A stretch of DNA of 63,112 nt, the filler included, from Licmophora abbreviata (lineage: Eukaryota), in assembly GCA_900291995.1 (NCBI GenBank). It is 15 parts of 15 records of this genome, joined end to end, with 100 filler letters (N's around TTAATTAATTAA, not from the genome) between each part and the next. Parts side by side here need not be neighbours in the genome. Positions count along the whole stretch, not along the records: positions 1 to 14,722 come from OLMU01005796.1; 14 more parts are not named here. The stretch is one strand, 5' to 3'. Under the pieces are notes generated by a model that searched no databases, was not told the DNA's origin, and saw only the letters and a program-made list of their open reading frames with translations. The translations under genes and the position numbers were made by a program. Below are positions 1 through 12,014 of this stretch, one piece after another (the stretch's first letter is position 1; every line of letters starts with the position of its first letter).

Positions 1-598
1 ATCGGAGATCAGTTCTTGGATCTGAGTGTCGCTAGCCGCATTGACGAGATTAGCAGGATCTCGGTGTAGAGATGGAGGCATAAGGATGGATGGTGCTGAC
101 ATTCTGCTTGGTTGAAGATTACTATAACGTCTACGTCGTAGAGTACATCATGCACTTCTTCTAAGCTTAACTTGTCAATCTGTAACACAATCTACTCCTT
201 GTACATCTGGAGAGTCGAACATTCGTGCGGAGACGTACGATAGGAGGTACCTCGTACCAGGTATCCATCTCGAGGACCAGCATCAAAGAGATATGCAACA
301 GTAGTCATCGAAACTGCCAAGCAAGAGTTTCAGAACTGAGGAGCGCCTAACGAACGGCAAAGCTTTGCTGGGAACTGGGCACGTGGCAGTAACTAATTGG
401 AATGGACGATCTTCGAATCTGGACGATGGGGATTCGTTTCGTACTTTCCAGAGGAGAAGCTATAATATTAGACTGCCGTTCATTACTTTCACCCTTCGAC
501 TGCACTCTCGCTTCCCTTTTCGCTACGGATGGGATGATGAAAAAGGAAACGGCTGGCACTCACACGAAAACACGACACCCCACAAATCATCACGCTTC

Positions 599-2026
599 TT
601 ACTCGAGGTTCATGCGGAAATTCTCTCCCAGAGATGTGATTTTGTTGGACGCCATGACAGCCTTGACTGCACCCTTGAACTTGCGCTTGGCATTGAACCT
701 CTTGAACTGTTCCAAGTTGACGCCAAGATCCTGAGCCGCGAGCGCCTTGTCGTCTTTTAGAATCCATTTGTTATGTAGCGATTCATCCCCGGACATTCGC
801 TTGGCCGGGTTGACAGTCAACAAGGCCGAGATCATATTCTTGGCATCCTGCGAGACGGACCCCCAGTATTCTTCATGAAACTCGTACTGCCCCTTGCGGA
901 TTTTGCGAAACAAGTCACGTTGATTCTGTTCAATGAAAGGGGGGTAGCCACCTAGCAAAATATACACAATCACGCCGAGACTCCACATGTCGGCCTGGGT
1001 ATCGTAGGCGATTCCCTCGAGGATTTCGGGTGCGACGTACCCAGGAGTCCCACACTGTGTGGTGAGCGAGCTGGGACTTTTGACCTTTTTGGCAAAGCCA
1101 AAGTCGGCAATCTTAATGTCCGAGTCATTGTCATTGTAGCGAAGCAAGAGATTCTCGGGCTGCGAACGAGAGAGGAGGGTGGTGCGTCGTGATGCAAGGA
1201 AACGTACGGTGGTAAAGTGAGAGGGCGGGAAGGTGTTTCTGACTGTTTGGTCTTTTCTTTGTCACTTACTTTCAAATCCCGATGCGCGACATTCTTGCTA
1301 TGACAGTACCGCATGGCTTCAAAGAGAATCTTGCAGACATCACGAGCCTCCTTTTCATTGTAGTATGACTTCTGAACAATGCGGTCGAAGAGTTCTCCCC
1401 CACTCATCTTTTCCGTGACGAGGTAGTAGTACTGCTTTTCTTCAAAGACATCATAGAGACGAATAATATGCTGGTGGCGAAGTTCAGTCAAGATTTCAAT
1501 CTCATCTTTCAAGGCAACCTCATCCTCCTGTGTCAGTTTGGCCTTGGTGACAATCTTGATAGCATAGGACTCTCCGGTCTGCTTGTGCGCTCCCTCCTTG
1601 ACGACACTAAAAGCACCTTCGCCGAGCTACAGATACAAAAGAGAAAGATGATGTGAAAGAGGTGGGAGGAAATCGTGAGCGCGTGTTTCACGAGAGAGTG
1701 TCGAGCAATTTTCAAAAAAAATCGTACCGGCTTTCCGAGCCTGTAGAGATCATTGAAGTTTTTTCCACTGCCAGAATCCTCGGCGGGTACACTGCGACGA
1801 GGCTCTCCAGCAGCGTACTACAGGATAAGAAAGAGAGAGAAGAAAGAAATTCTAGTGAGAAACGTCCGCATAAAATCAATAGACTACTAACAGATAAGTA
1901 TCCGCGAGGTTTCGGACAGGGACCTCAGTCGTCAGTGCTTTGTCACACTGACTGCGCTCCTTTGAAACGTACCGTCGGACGCGACGTGGTTTCCACCGCA
2001 TCTTCCTTACTGCAAAGACCTCCCAT
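599..2026 (-). CDS. Ca2+/calmodulin-dependent protein kinase-like Ser/Thr kinase (about 353 aa, 4 exons: 2026-1973, 1817-1728, 1626-1270, 1159-599)
   Basis: Spliced translation gives MGGLCSKEDAV..., LGEGAFSVV (Gly loop), YAIK, HRDLK|PEN, DFGFA, CGTPGYVAPE and DMWSLG. The C-terminal FKRFNAKRKFKGAVKAVMA resembles the CaMK autoinhibitory/CaM-binding helix. All three introns are GT-AG and restore the frame. Confidence 0.92.
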
Positions 2027-2556
2027 GATAGTTCTTAGAGCTGTATAGATCAGGCGAAACTGAGACAAGAACACCTCTCAGACGAACGACAGATTAGATA
2101 TGCAGGGTGCAAGTGTGAACTGAAATTTTTGATCTTGCCGCCTCGGCTTCCCTCCCGTATACTCCTACGAGGCTTGAGTACCAAACGGATCAAAGCCATC
2201 ACAACTGCTATGATAGTAAGCAGGATTGCGATGATGCCGGGTCATTCTCGCTCGCTCTCGCGCCAACGAAGAAAGACCCAATCCGGACGAATGCCGGACA
2301 TTTATGACTAGGACATAATGACATTTTCATGTTTTATAGGTACACTCGTATGATAGCGAGCATGCGAGAGAGTGAGCAGCGTCTGTTCTTTGTCCGTGAC
2401 ATGACGAAATAGTCATCACAAAACTGTGGGAGAGGGGCCCTAAGATCTTGAATCTACGAGTACAACGTATGATAGAAGTCTCCCTATTTTGCCCCCCATT
2501 GAGCTATCCTTCACTTTAGTAGCCTTGTCTGACGCACGTTTGATTGGTTTGCCAGC

Positions 2557-5310
2557 ATGGGATGCACTGAAAGCAAGGATCAGACCGCTACTGGCGCTCC
2601 TGCATCACGAGATGTCGGCGCTCCGAAATCCGCAGTGGATACGGTCCACCAGAAATCCATGATGGTCAAGAAGGACGAGATCAAACCCAAGGCACACCAT
2701 CTCAAGAACGTCTACGCCTCCCCACTTGGAGAAATTAGCGCCGACTACAAGCCTCCCAAGTATAACAAGACTTATCAAGAACGGGTCTTCTTAAGGGACG
2801 CCATGAAAATGAATTTTGTGTTCGAAGACATGAGCAGCAAGCAGACGAACGTACTGATTGATGCCTTCGAGAAGCACGACCAGGGAAAAGGAGAGTATAT
2901 CATTAAACAAGGAGAGGAGGGAGACTACTTTTACGTCTTGAAGACTGGCAGTGTCAACTTTGAAGTCGACGACGCCAAGGTGGGACAGGCATCGGAGGGG
3001 GCATCCTTTGGTGAGCTCGCCTTGCTGTACAAGGCGCCACGGGCTGCAAGCGTTGTCAGTACTACCAAGGTCGAACTCTATCGCCTCGACCAAAGGACCT
3101 TTCGTACCATTCTTCAGTCACAGACCAAGCAGGCTGACAGTAAGAAAAGAGAACTGTTCAAGCATATTTCCTTCCTGGAGGACCTCGATGAGCAAGATCT
3201 CAGCAAACTCATCGACGCCTTGGTCCCCCACCCCTTCAAGCCTAAGGAAACGCTTGTTGAGAAAGGGACGCAGGGTGATGTCTTTTACATCATACAGGAA
3301 GGGAAAGTCAAGGTGACGGACATTTCGATTGGCGGAACGTCCTACCAGGATCAGGAGTTGGGGCCAGGTGAGTCATTTAGAGTGAGGTTGTGGCTCCCGC
3401 GAAATCTCTGTGTGATTTCTCTCACGGTAAGAAACTGATGTACCCTCTTTGCACTGTATTCTAGGTCAGTACTTTGGCGAGCGTGCTCTCGTAACGTCTG
3501 AGCCTCGCAGTGCCAACTGTATCGCCAGTACCGAAGGGATCGCACTTACGGTCGATGCTGAGACCTTCAAGCTTGTCATGGGCGACTTGAAGGATCTCGT
3601 GCTCAAGGCTGGAGACAAGCGTAAATTGGTGAGTAAAAATAATGCGTGTGAAGATGCATCAACACAGCGGATTTCGTTTGATTCGACTCACCATTCGTCT
3701 CAACTAATCTTTTCTTTCTTGCCCGGTTTCGGTTCTCTCTCGTATTGAAAGGCTGCAATCAAGGTCTTTTCCGACCTGTCTCCGTCAGACCTCGCCGCGC
3801 TAGCAGGTTCCGTTGCTGACAAGACGTACAAGCAGTCAGAACTCATTGTCAAAGAAGGGGATAACATTGGAACTGCTCTACTGCTCGTGCGCGACGGAGG
3901 AAAGATTCAGATCTCGTCCCAGGATGGAAAGTATGACCAGATGGTTGAAGGAGGTGGATACTTTGCAGAGGAGCTATTGTGTCTCGAGAAGAAAAAAGGA
4001 AGCAAACTGTCCGTTCCCACGAGCACCGTGGCGCGCTATACTATCAAAGCTCTCGGTGACACGACGACTGGAGCATTGAGTTTGAAAGAGTGCCAGACAG
4101 TGCTGTCCAAGGCGAAGGCCCCAACAAAGGTGATTGGTTCAGAAATCCCTTACAAGTCTCTTAAGAAGCACAAAATTCTTGGGGCTGGAACGTTTGGACA
4201 GGTGTGGCTGGTAAGCGTCAAGGGGAAATCATCCGCGGAGAGAACCCCGTATGCTCTTAAAATCCAGTCGAAGCATGACCTAATCCAAAACGAGATGGGC
4301 AAAGGGGTCGTGCAAGAGATGAAGATCATGCGTCGGCTGGATCACCCCTTCATTATCAAGTTGATAAACACCTACCAGGACAAGCAGCGCGTCTACATGC
4401 TCGTGCAGCTAGTGCAGGGTGGGGAATTGTTCTCGGTGATTCATCGTCCGCGAAAGGATGGCGTGTCGGAGGCACAGGCCAAGTTCTATGCGGCGGGCAT
4501 CCTTGCCGGTCTCGGTTTCATGCATCGCCGCAACATCGTGTACCGTGACTTGAAGCCCGAGAATGTGCTGGTGAATAGCAAAGGGTACCCCGTTATCATT
4601 GATATGGGCTTTGGTGAGTTCAGTGTCAACGACGTTTTGAATATTCTGTGTGGCATTCATTGATTCTCGCAACTGAATGAATTTCTTTTTACTTCCAATT
4701 CGATGGACAGCCAAAGTGGTCCATAAGAAGACGTACACTTTCTGCGGGACCCCGCTCTACGTAGCACCGGAGATTATTCTCAATAAGGGCCACGACAAGG
4801 GAGCGGATCGTGAGTGAAGCTGTCGTCCTGCTGTGTCGAAGTTTCTTCGAATTTTACTCACTCTCTTTGTCGTCTGCTTGCTTTTACTCCAAAGACTGGA
4901 GTCTCGGTGTTCTTGTCTATGAAATGAGCGATGGGGAGACCCCATTTTACAAGGACGGGATGGATCAGATGACTCTGTTCAAATCTATTGCGAAAGGGAA
5001 GTATGTCCCATCATCAAAACCGATGAGCAGCGCAGAGAAGGATTTCGTGAAGCGCATTCTCGTCACGGACCCAAGCCGTCGACTCGGCTCCCTGGCAAAA
5101 GGCGTCAAAGACTTGTTCGGTCACGCTTGGTTTAGTGACATTGATTTTGAGGACCTTCAGGCAATGAAACTGGACGCTCCTTTTGTCCCGAAAGTCAAAA
5201 ACCCGCTCGATTGTTCGGCCTTCGAAGATTGGAGCCATCTTGACGATAAGGAGAAACAGAGAGATCCCCCGATTTCGAAGGCCGACCAGAACATCTTCAA
5301 AGAGTTCTAG
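2557..5310 (+). CDS. PKG: cGMP-dependent protein kinase (PKG-like); exons 2557-3367, 3465-3628, 3752-4613, 4711-4809, 4895-5310
   Basis: Two clear cNMP-binding domains ([32 protein letters not shown]) and a degenerate third (GGYFAEE), followed by an AGC kinase domain ([40 protein letters not shown]). N-terminus MGCTESK. GT-AG introns restore the frame. Confidence 0.9.
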
Positions 5311-5632
5311 TCAATCTCTCGTCGCCATCCGATGCCGTTGCTGCACATTGTTTTATGTTTTCTAGATCTAGTGGTGTAGAACCGATGAGTTCTCCACGAA
5401 AGTTTCAATTATACGACGCAGAAAAGAGATGCTCCATTAATGTGTAGACTTCGTTTCGTAGCTATTCATTTTTATCTCCACTGGCCCAACAACCACAGTA
5501 ACACTACCCCACTCCAATATCTTCTCATTCTTTCATTTATTGATTCTTTCTTTTTTCATCATCTTCCTTGTCTTTCTCATTCATGCTTGCTAAAAAGGTA
5601 ACTTGAAATTTGCTTTTTTTGCCTCGTTGTCT

Positions 5633-7123
5633 TTACATGACTGCCGAAGGACGTCGCTTTGGATGCAGTGGCGGAAGAAAGGGCGATCCCTGACTTTGGT
5701 GGCCGTTCCCTAGCTCGGTCGAGAGCGATTGCAAGGAATCCAATAGACTGTCATGAAGATTTTCAGATGACGTATAGGTGAGCGTCTCCTCGGCTGCTTG
5801 CTGCGCCATCTGGAGTGAAAAGCGTCGCTGTGATCTTGGGGACACGCTTCTCGTTGGTTTCTCAGACGGGACGTGGCTCATGGTCGAGCGACGAGGAGTT
5901 GGAGGCTGGGCACTCAGTTCAGCATTCCCCTTCTTAGTGACGTGCACGCCAGACGATTCCATGTCAAGCTCCTCGAGCTTCCTTGCCAATCGCAGCTCAT
6001 GAAGCTCTTTTTCGATTCTGGCATAGTCTTCATCACGACGGGCTATGACTTTGCGAAGGGAAGTGTTCTCACGCTCGAGGCGATCCCGAACCATGCGTGT
6101 TTCACTGAGATCAAGTTCCATGTTGAGGAATTCATCTTCGAGCTCCTTTGCTGCGTCACTCTCTTGCTCAAGGAGCTTGGTGGTCTCCTGTAGCTCCTTG
6201 ACAAGATGCTCAGAGTGAAGGTACAGCGCAGCGTATTCGATCTCTTGCTTCTTGTATTGACTCAACCAATGGTTCTCATCTTGAGAGAGCTGCGGCTTGG
6301 ACCAGCTGTGCTGACGACTGGCACGGTTCGACCCTCTCTTGTTAACGGAGAAGGCACTTTTGTTGTGGCCCTGGTTCCGGATAGAGGGCTCTTTAGCAAC
6401 GGTTTTATTCGGGACCTCATCGTCCAAGTCATCTACCGTCATGGTAATTTCCGAGGCCACGCGAACTGGAGTCCAGGCATCCACCACATCCACAGGCCGA
6501 GTAAGACCCGCGGGGCTCTGATCGCCTAGTGGCTCCTCCTGGATGGCCTCATGGATATTGATTGCAATCTTGTTCTTCATCTTGGGCTGAGGAGAACCTC
6601 CATGCTGAACTTGCGGTACCTTCTTGGAGCTATGCACCGATTTGGTATCGAGCAGAGAGTTGCTGCGGGTGAGGGGGGCCCGTCCGGACGAGGTGCCTTC
6701 CTTGAGAGATGACCGTCGCTGACTAGTAGTCTGTGGGTGACTCTTCTTTGAGGATGGCTCTGAAATGGGATCAATGGGTTGGTGAGTATGAGGGTTTCCG
6801 GAGGTCGCGTTCGTGTTGACTGAGTTATCCATGGACGGGCGACGCCCAACCAGCCTCTTCATAGACTTCCCAAAGGAGGGCCTACGCGCCATCTTCTTTT
6901 CTGGGTAGCTTTCCTCCGTTCTAGCGGAGTGGGTAGAAGAAGCGGCGACCCCAGACTTGTCGATGGTCGACGCCGAGTCCATGGATGGACGACGTTTGAT
7001 CGTTTTCATTATCGATCCAAGGGACGGACGGCGCGCAATCCTTTTGGGAACAACTTCGTGCGTCTCGGGAGCAATGTTTGGCTCGGGTGAGTGGCGATTG
7101 GCGGGTATATCCCAAGGCACCAT
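5633..7123 (-). CDS. Hypothetical protein, disordered RRxS-rich N-terminus with C-terminal coiled coil (496 aa)
   Basis: Uninterrupted ATG-initiated ORF; heptad-like Glu/Leu/Lys-rich segment in the C-terminal half; repeated RRPS motifs. Confidence 0.75.
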   Translation of the reverse strand: MVPWDIPANRHSPEPNIAPETHEVVPKRIARRPSLGSIMKTIKRRPSMDSASTIDKSGVAASSTHSARTEESYPEKKMARRPSFGKSMKRLVGRRPSMDNSVNTNATSGNPHTHQPIDPISEPSSKKSHPQTTSQRRSSLKEGTSSGRAPLTRSNSLLDTKSVHSSKKVPQVQHGGSPQPKMKNKIAINIHEAIQEEPLGDQSPAGLTRPVDVVDAWTPVRVASEITMTVDDLDDEVPNKTVAKEPSIRNQGHNKSAFSVNKRGSNRASRQHSWSKPQLSQDENHWLSQYKKQEIEYAALYLHSEHLVKELQETTKLLEQESDAAKELEDEFLNMELDLSETRMVRDRLERENTSLRKVIARRDEDYARIEKELHELRLARKLEELDMESSGVHVTKKGNAELSAQPPTPRRSTMSHVPSEKPTRSVSPRSQRRFSLQMAQQAAEETLTYTSSENLHDSLLDSLQSLSTELGNGHQSQGSPFLPPLHPKRRPSAVM

Positions 7124-7482
7124 GTTGGGAAGAAGCGAAGGAAGACGGAGATCTACAGTTCAATTTCGTCGGCTCTCACCAAAAATGTGAGCCAGTGTGA
7201 GCTCATTTGAGGACTGTTGGGGCCAAAGTATCATTCGGATTAAATATTGAATTCAGATTTATGTGACAGTCTGAGATTTATATCATGACAGTTTAGATTT
7301 ATTAAACAGTTGTGTTCGCTCATATGTACTGTTTTTCCGGCACGCCATAATAAGTCTTTACTCGTACCATAGATGTTCAGCGAGCCGAGGAGATGACTTC
7401 TTCGACCCATCGTTCTGATGGGCGCTCACATTTTATTTTCAAATTTTATCTTGACACCTTTCTTTGCACATTGCAATTCTAG

Positions 7483-8870
7483 ATGCGAAGCAAACCCGTC
7501 TCATTCAGCAAGAGTTCGCAACAAATCGTTGAGTCACATTCCTTCTCATCTCCTTCCATGTCCTCGAGCCAGGCGTTGACACTACGGCACGTCCTCAAGA
7601 AGTATGCTTCTGTTGAGGAGATCAAGCGAGCAATCAAGCAAGAGCCGAGCCTTGCAAGCAATGTCAATGAGGACGGTTGGTTGCTACTTCATTACGCGTG
7701 CGCTAACAAGACAAGCAAAGAGGTGATCCAGTATTTGGTAGAAAAGAACCCGCCAAGGGCTCGCCACGCAACTCATGATCGAGTTCTGCCGCTCCATGTG
7801 GCATGTACGAATCGGGCTACGGCTGGAGTGGTACAACTGTTGCTGAGCGCGTATACCGACCTGTTGCAGACAAAAAGCAATGAGGGAGTCTTGCCTCTAC
7901 ACTATGCCTGTTCCTCTGACATTTCGTCTACAACTGTTCGTCTCTTGATCGAGGCGTATCCTGAGGGAGTGCAGGAGCGAACTGGCGAGGGATGGGTGTC
8001 GTTGTATTATGCTTGTCGCTACAGGGTAGCCGCCAGTATCGCAAGATTGCTCCTGGAAGCCTATCCCAGGGGAATCAAGGAGAGAGATTATTATGGTGAA
8101 TATCCACTACATGTTGCGTGTCCTTGGCGACCAGGAGTTGAAGTCGTACAGATGCTGGTTGATAGATTCCCGGAAGCCGCAAACGGAAAGACGTCCTCTT
8201 CCTCGGGAAGACCCCCATCGACTGTGCAATCGAAGGAGGCGCATCACCCACTGTACTTCTCTGTCTGCAAAGCGCCAGTATAGAGAATATTTCGTTGCAA
8301 TCGGAGAAGCCTACGAGAAAAGAAAAGAAGCTGAAATGTGCTAGGTTCGTCGAGAAGATCAAATCTGCACACAATGCGGGCGAAACCCAATCTATCCTGT
8401 CGGGTCTGCGACCGTGCCCGAAGCCGGGGTGGACTGAAATGGCGCCCCTGATGGAAAAGAGGTGGGGGTTTGCAGGGGTCACCTTGGATGAGCACACTAT
8501 TCTGGTCATTGGAGGATATGATGAGAACTGGACAACGCTCAAGACAGTTGAGGGATACGACAAACGCACGAGCATCTGGAGCCGTTGGCCGGATCTGAGC
8601 TTTCGTACACGCCGCGGCGTATTGCAATGACAAAGTGTACGTGTTTGGCGGACAAATTCACGAATCACACGATTTGTTAATCCATTCCGGAGAGAGGTGC
8701 AGAGGGAGAATCTCCATCGACTGCAAGACGCTTGTTCACACTTGTATCGGCACAGGCGGTAGACAGAGGTCGACAGGACGGAGGCTGCCCATTGAGGATC
8801 GATCATTGCTTCATTTTCAATAGGAGGCGCTACTGAAAACTTTGTGTACATCCCACTGGATATCTGCTAT
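7483..8870 (+). pseudogene. Ankyrin-repeat plus Kelch-repeat gene, frameshifted and degenerate
   Basis: Ankyrin repeats (LLLHYACA, LPLHVAC, LPLHYAC, YPLHVAC). A frameshift near 8181 leads into LGKTPIDCAIEGG and a Kelch repeat (WTEMAPLMEKRWGF...LVIGGYDE). A second frameshift near 8605 leads into HAAAYCNDKVYVFGGQ, after which the frame decays. Confidence 0.7.
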
Positions 8871-8892
8871 TGTAGACCGTCGCGTGCACGAT

Positions 8893-10278
8893 TCACAGCA
8901 CTGTTGTCTTTGAGATGTCCATGTCGCTGGCGAAGAACCGCTTCCAGTTTTCATTTTCCAGTACTGCCTCTGTATCAATCGAACAGAACTTGCGGAGCGC
9001 ACTCCAGAACTCAGCTCGATGCCGTGCTTCCCCTATTGGCGACGCAGCAAACTTCGGGAGGATTTGTGCCTCGAGCCGCAATGACTTTTCCAGGAATTGA
9101 TCCATCTCTCCTGTGCTCGGACACTGAACCGGAAAGTCCCAAACAGTCAACTGTAGAGCGGATTCTTGAAATTGTCGTGCCAGATCCTCCGCCCGCCTCC
9201 GACTGTATCGTTCAATATCGATCATACCTTTCTCCGCCGCTGCAGTTACAAGCATATCGTAGTAACGAGGCAGGAGCCCTGGATTAACAATCATTTCGGC
9301 TTCTTTGCGGTCCAGATCTACGCTGTGATTGCAAGTTATGGAAGCTTTGGGCAGTATATTGCACAAAAAGTTGCTGCGAATCGACATGGGGTCATGATAG
9401 TTAAAAATGGCAACTGGCACATGGCGTTGTGTTGTGGCCATGATTGAGTCCGTAAAGGACCAAGGCTGCTTCCTATTTGGTTGGTTTTCCCTCCAATAGT
9501 TTGGAAACATAGGATCGATTGCTTGACCACCCTGGCCAGGCCACTTGGAGAGGTACTCTCGATGCTCAGGACGCTCATTTTGTTGTTTCGCGCTTTGAAG
9601 CCACGAAAAGTACCTTCGATAACCAATCACAACAAGCACATTCCAGTCTTTCTCCAATGTTTCTCTCAAAGCAATCCAATCCACTGAAGCTTTCCCTATA
9701 CCTTGAAAGTTGAACATCCGGAAGGAAAATCCTTCGTGTGACATGATGACGGACTGTTCCCGTTGCCGGTAAGGTTCCAGGTGTCGCAAGAAATTGGTCC
9801 AGCAGGTCACATTGGAAAGAGCCGCAGCAAGATCTGGATCACCCGCCCCGCGCGTAACGGAGAGACGGACTCCCTCCAGTTCACGTTGGCATGCCGGATT
9901 TTCTACCATTTTGACCATGGGACTAGCCTTGTTCTTGGCTACCTCTCCATAGTCTCCAACGTACACGTAGTGGTCACGCGCGAGGACTGACGACAATTCA
10001 TAAAGTGACCTCTGAATAGTGGACGTTGCAGTCTTGCCAGGGCCGATGTGCATGATAAAGTAAGGCTTTTCTTTGGACGATGTCTTGGTCACAACACTGA
10101 CAGGATCCTGGAATTCAGGATGCGCTCGTGGGAAGGAGGTCAGCTGGAGCCGTCTTTCGTGCGACTGTGTTCCAAACAACTCTGTCGTACTGCAGCAGTA
10201 GAGAGCTCCTGTGAGACCAGCCACCACCATCACCGGGACCAGCCTCACTAGTGCAAAGCTCCTGTTGTGTGGCCTCAT
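8893..10278 (-). CDS. Type II membrane P-loop sulfotransferase-like protein, paralog 1
   Basis: N-terminal TM segment; FIMHIGPGKTATSTIQ resembles the 5'-PSB loop; SHEGF and IGYRRYFSW motifs; intronless; first ATG at 10278. Confidence 0.75.
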   Translation of the reverse strand: MRPHNRSFALVRLVPVMVVAGLTGALYCCSTTELFGTQSHERRLQLTSFPRAHPEFQDPVSVVTKTSSKEKPYFIMHIGPGKTATSTIQRSLYELSSVLARDHYVYVGDYGEVAKNKASPMVKMVENPACQRELEGVRLSVTRGAGDPDLAAALSNVTCWTNFLRHLEPYRQREQSVIMSHEGFSFRMFNFQGIGKASVDWIALRETLEKDWNVLVVIGYRRYFSWLQSAKQQNERPEHREYLSKWPGQGGQAIDPMFPNYWRENQPNRKQPWSFTDSIMATTQRHVPVAIFNYHDPMSIRSNFLCNILPKASITCNHSVDLDRKEAEMIVNPGLLPRYYDMLVTAAAEKGMIDIERYSRRRAEDLARQFQESALQLTVWDFPVQCPSTGEMDQFLEKSLRLEAQILPKFAASPIGEARHRAEFWSALRKFCSIDTEAVLENENWKRFFASDMDISKTTVL

Positions 10279-10634
10279 CAGAGGCGCAGAAAACACCGAC
10301 TAGACTGTGAGGCCGTATAGCTTTGATCTGAACTCCCTCCAAGAGGGCACTACCAGAATGACCGGAATGTTTCACTCTCAACTTCGTAGAAACGTGAGTC
10401 ATTGACTTTCAGATGCCATCGGACATTGAGACACAGCAAGAAAGTTCCAAACACACAAAAAAGACCAACTATCACTGCAACCAACGGCAGACGTCGTCGT
10501 CGTCGTCATCGTCGTCTATCGGTAACTGGTATTACTGCAGTTCGTAGCAACTTCAGTAGTTGGGGGTGCTTAAACGCAAAGATTCCTGTTTACAAAACTG
10601 AACTGGATGCTAGGTATCCCTTGCCAATTATCCA

Positions 10635-12014
10635 TCACACTGTTACCTTCGCAATTTCCATGCCGCTGGCAAAGAACCGCTTCCAGTTTTCATTCTCCAG
10701 TACGGCCTCTGTATCAATCGAACAGAACTTGCGGAGCGCACTCCAGAACTCAGCTCGATGCCGCGTTTCTCCTTGCGGCGATGCAGCAAACTCGGGAAGA
10801 ATACCTGCCTCTAGTCTCAATGACTTGTCCAGGAAGACTTCCATCTCGTTATCCTTCGGGCACTGAACTGGAAAATCCCAGATAGTCAAGTCTAGTATTG
10901 TTTCTTGAAATTTCCTTGCCAGTTCCTCTGCTCCTAGTCGACTTTGCCGCTTCGTATCGATCAGACCTTTCTCGGCCGCTGCAGTTACCAGCATGTCATA
11001 GTTCCGAGGCGGACGCGCGGGGTTTGCAACTAGCTCCGTTTCCTTCTTATCCCGATCTAAACTGCGACTGCATGCATTGGTAGCATCTGGTAGAACCTTG
11101 CACAGAAAGTTGCTTCGAATCGACATGGAATCGTCATGAAAGTTCATCAGCACAAACGGGACGTGAGGTTGCACGGATGAGACCACCGAGTCTGTAAACG
11201 ACCAGGGCTGTTGTCGACTGTGCTGAGGGTACTGCCAGTAGTTGGGAAACAGAGGTTCCACGAGCCTCCCACCTGCGCTAGGCCAAAGCATGTTAGCTGG
11301 CAGTATTGGACTGTCGCTCTGCAACTTGGAGCTGAACAGCCAGGAAAAGTATCGTCGATAGCCAATCACCACAAGAATGTTCCAGTCCTTTTCAAGGGTT
11401 TCTTTCAGTGAAATCCAATCCAATGATGCTAGACCTATACTTCGGAACCGGGTCATCATGTAGCTGAGACCTTCATGTGACAGAATGACGGACCGCTGAC
11501 GCTGCCTGTAGGGCTCGAGCTCTTGTAGGAAGTCGTTCCAGCATGGAACCTTGGATAGATCATCCCCGACAGGAGTAAGGCTAGACGACCCTGCTCGAGA
11601 CAGTCGGACGTTTTCAAGCTCACGATGGCACTTCAAATCCTTGATTTTGAGGATGACGCGGGGGTACTTTTGACTGTTGGTGATGAAGTCTCCCAGAAAA
11701 TCGTAGTTGTCTAGGGACAGGTCATCGGCTAGGTTGGTGAGCTCTTTCTGGATCGTAGACGTTGCGATCTTGCCCGGTCCAATGTGCAAAATAAAGTGAG
11801 GCTTCTTGTTTGGTTTCTTTCTTTCCACACTCACAGGATCATGGAAGGCGTCAGGATGTGGTCTTGAGACGGCCATTCGAAGCCGTCGTCCATAAGAGGG
11901 ATGCACGCCAGTACTGAAGGAGGAGTCAGCAACGAAGAAGCAAAGGACAGCAGCTCCTACTAAAAGACCAGCCACCGGCGCCAGAACCAACGCTGCGGCG
12001 CTTTTCAGTTTCAT
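10635..12014 (-). CDS. Type II membrane P-loop sulfotransferase-like protein, paralog 2
   Basis: N-terminal TM segment; FILHIGPGKIATSTIQ, SHEGL and IGYRRYFSW motifs; collinear with the 8893-10278 gene. Confidence 0.75.
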   Translation of the reverse strand: MKLKSAAALVLAPVAGLLVGAAVLCFFVADSSFSTGVHPSYGRRLRMAVSRPHPDAFHDPVSVERKKPNKKPHFILHIGPGKIATSTIQKELTNLADDLSLDNYDFLGDFITNSQKYPRVILKIKDLKCHRELENVRLSRAGSSSLTPVGDDLSKVPCWNDFLQELEPYRQRQRSVILSHEGLSYMMTRFRSIGLASLDWISLKETLEKDWNILVVIGYRRYFSWLFSSKLQSDSPILPANMLWPSAGGRLVEPLFPNYWQYPQHSRQQPWSFTDSVVSSVQPHVPFVLMNFHDDSMSIRSNFLCKVLPDATNACSRSLDRDKKETELVANPARPPRNYDMLVTAAAEKGLIDTKRQSRLGAEELARKFQETILDLTIWDFPVQCPKDNEMEVFLDKSLRLEAGILPEFAASPQGETRHRAEFWSALRKFCSIDTEAVLENENWKRFFASGMEIAKVTV

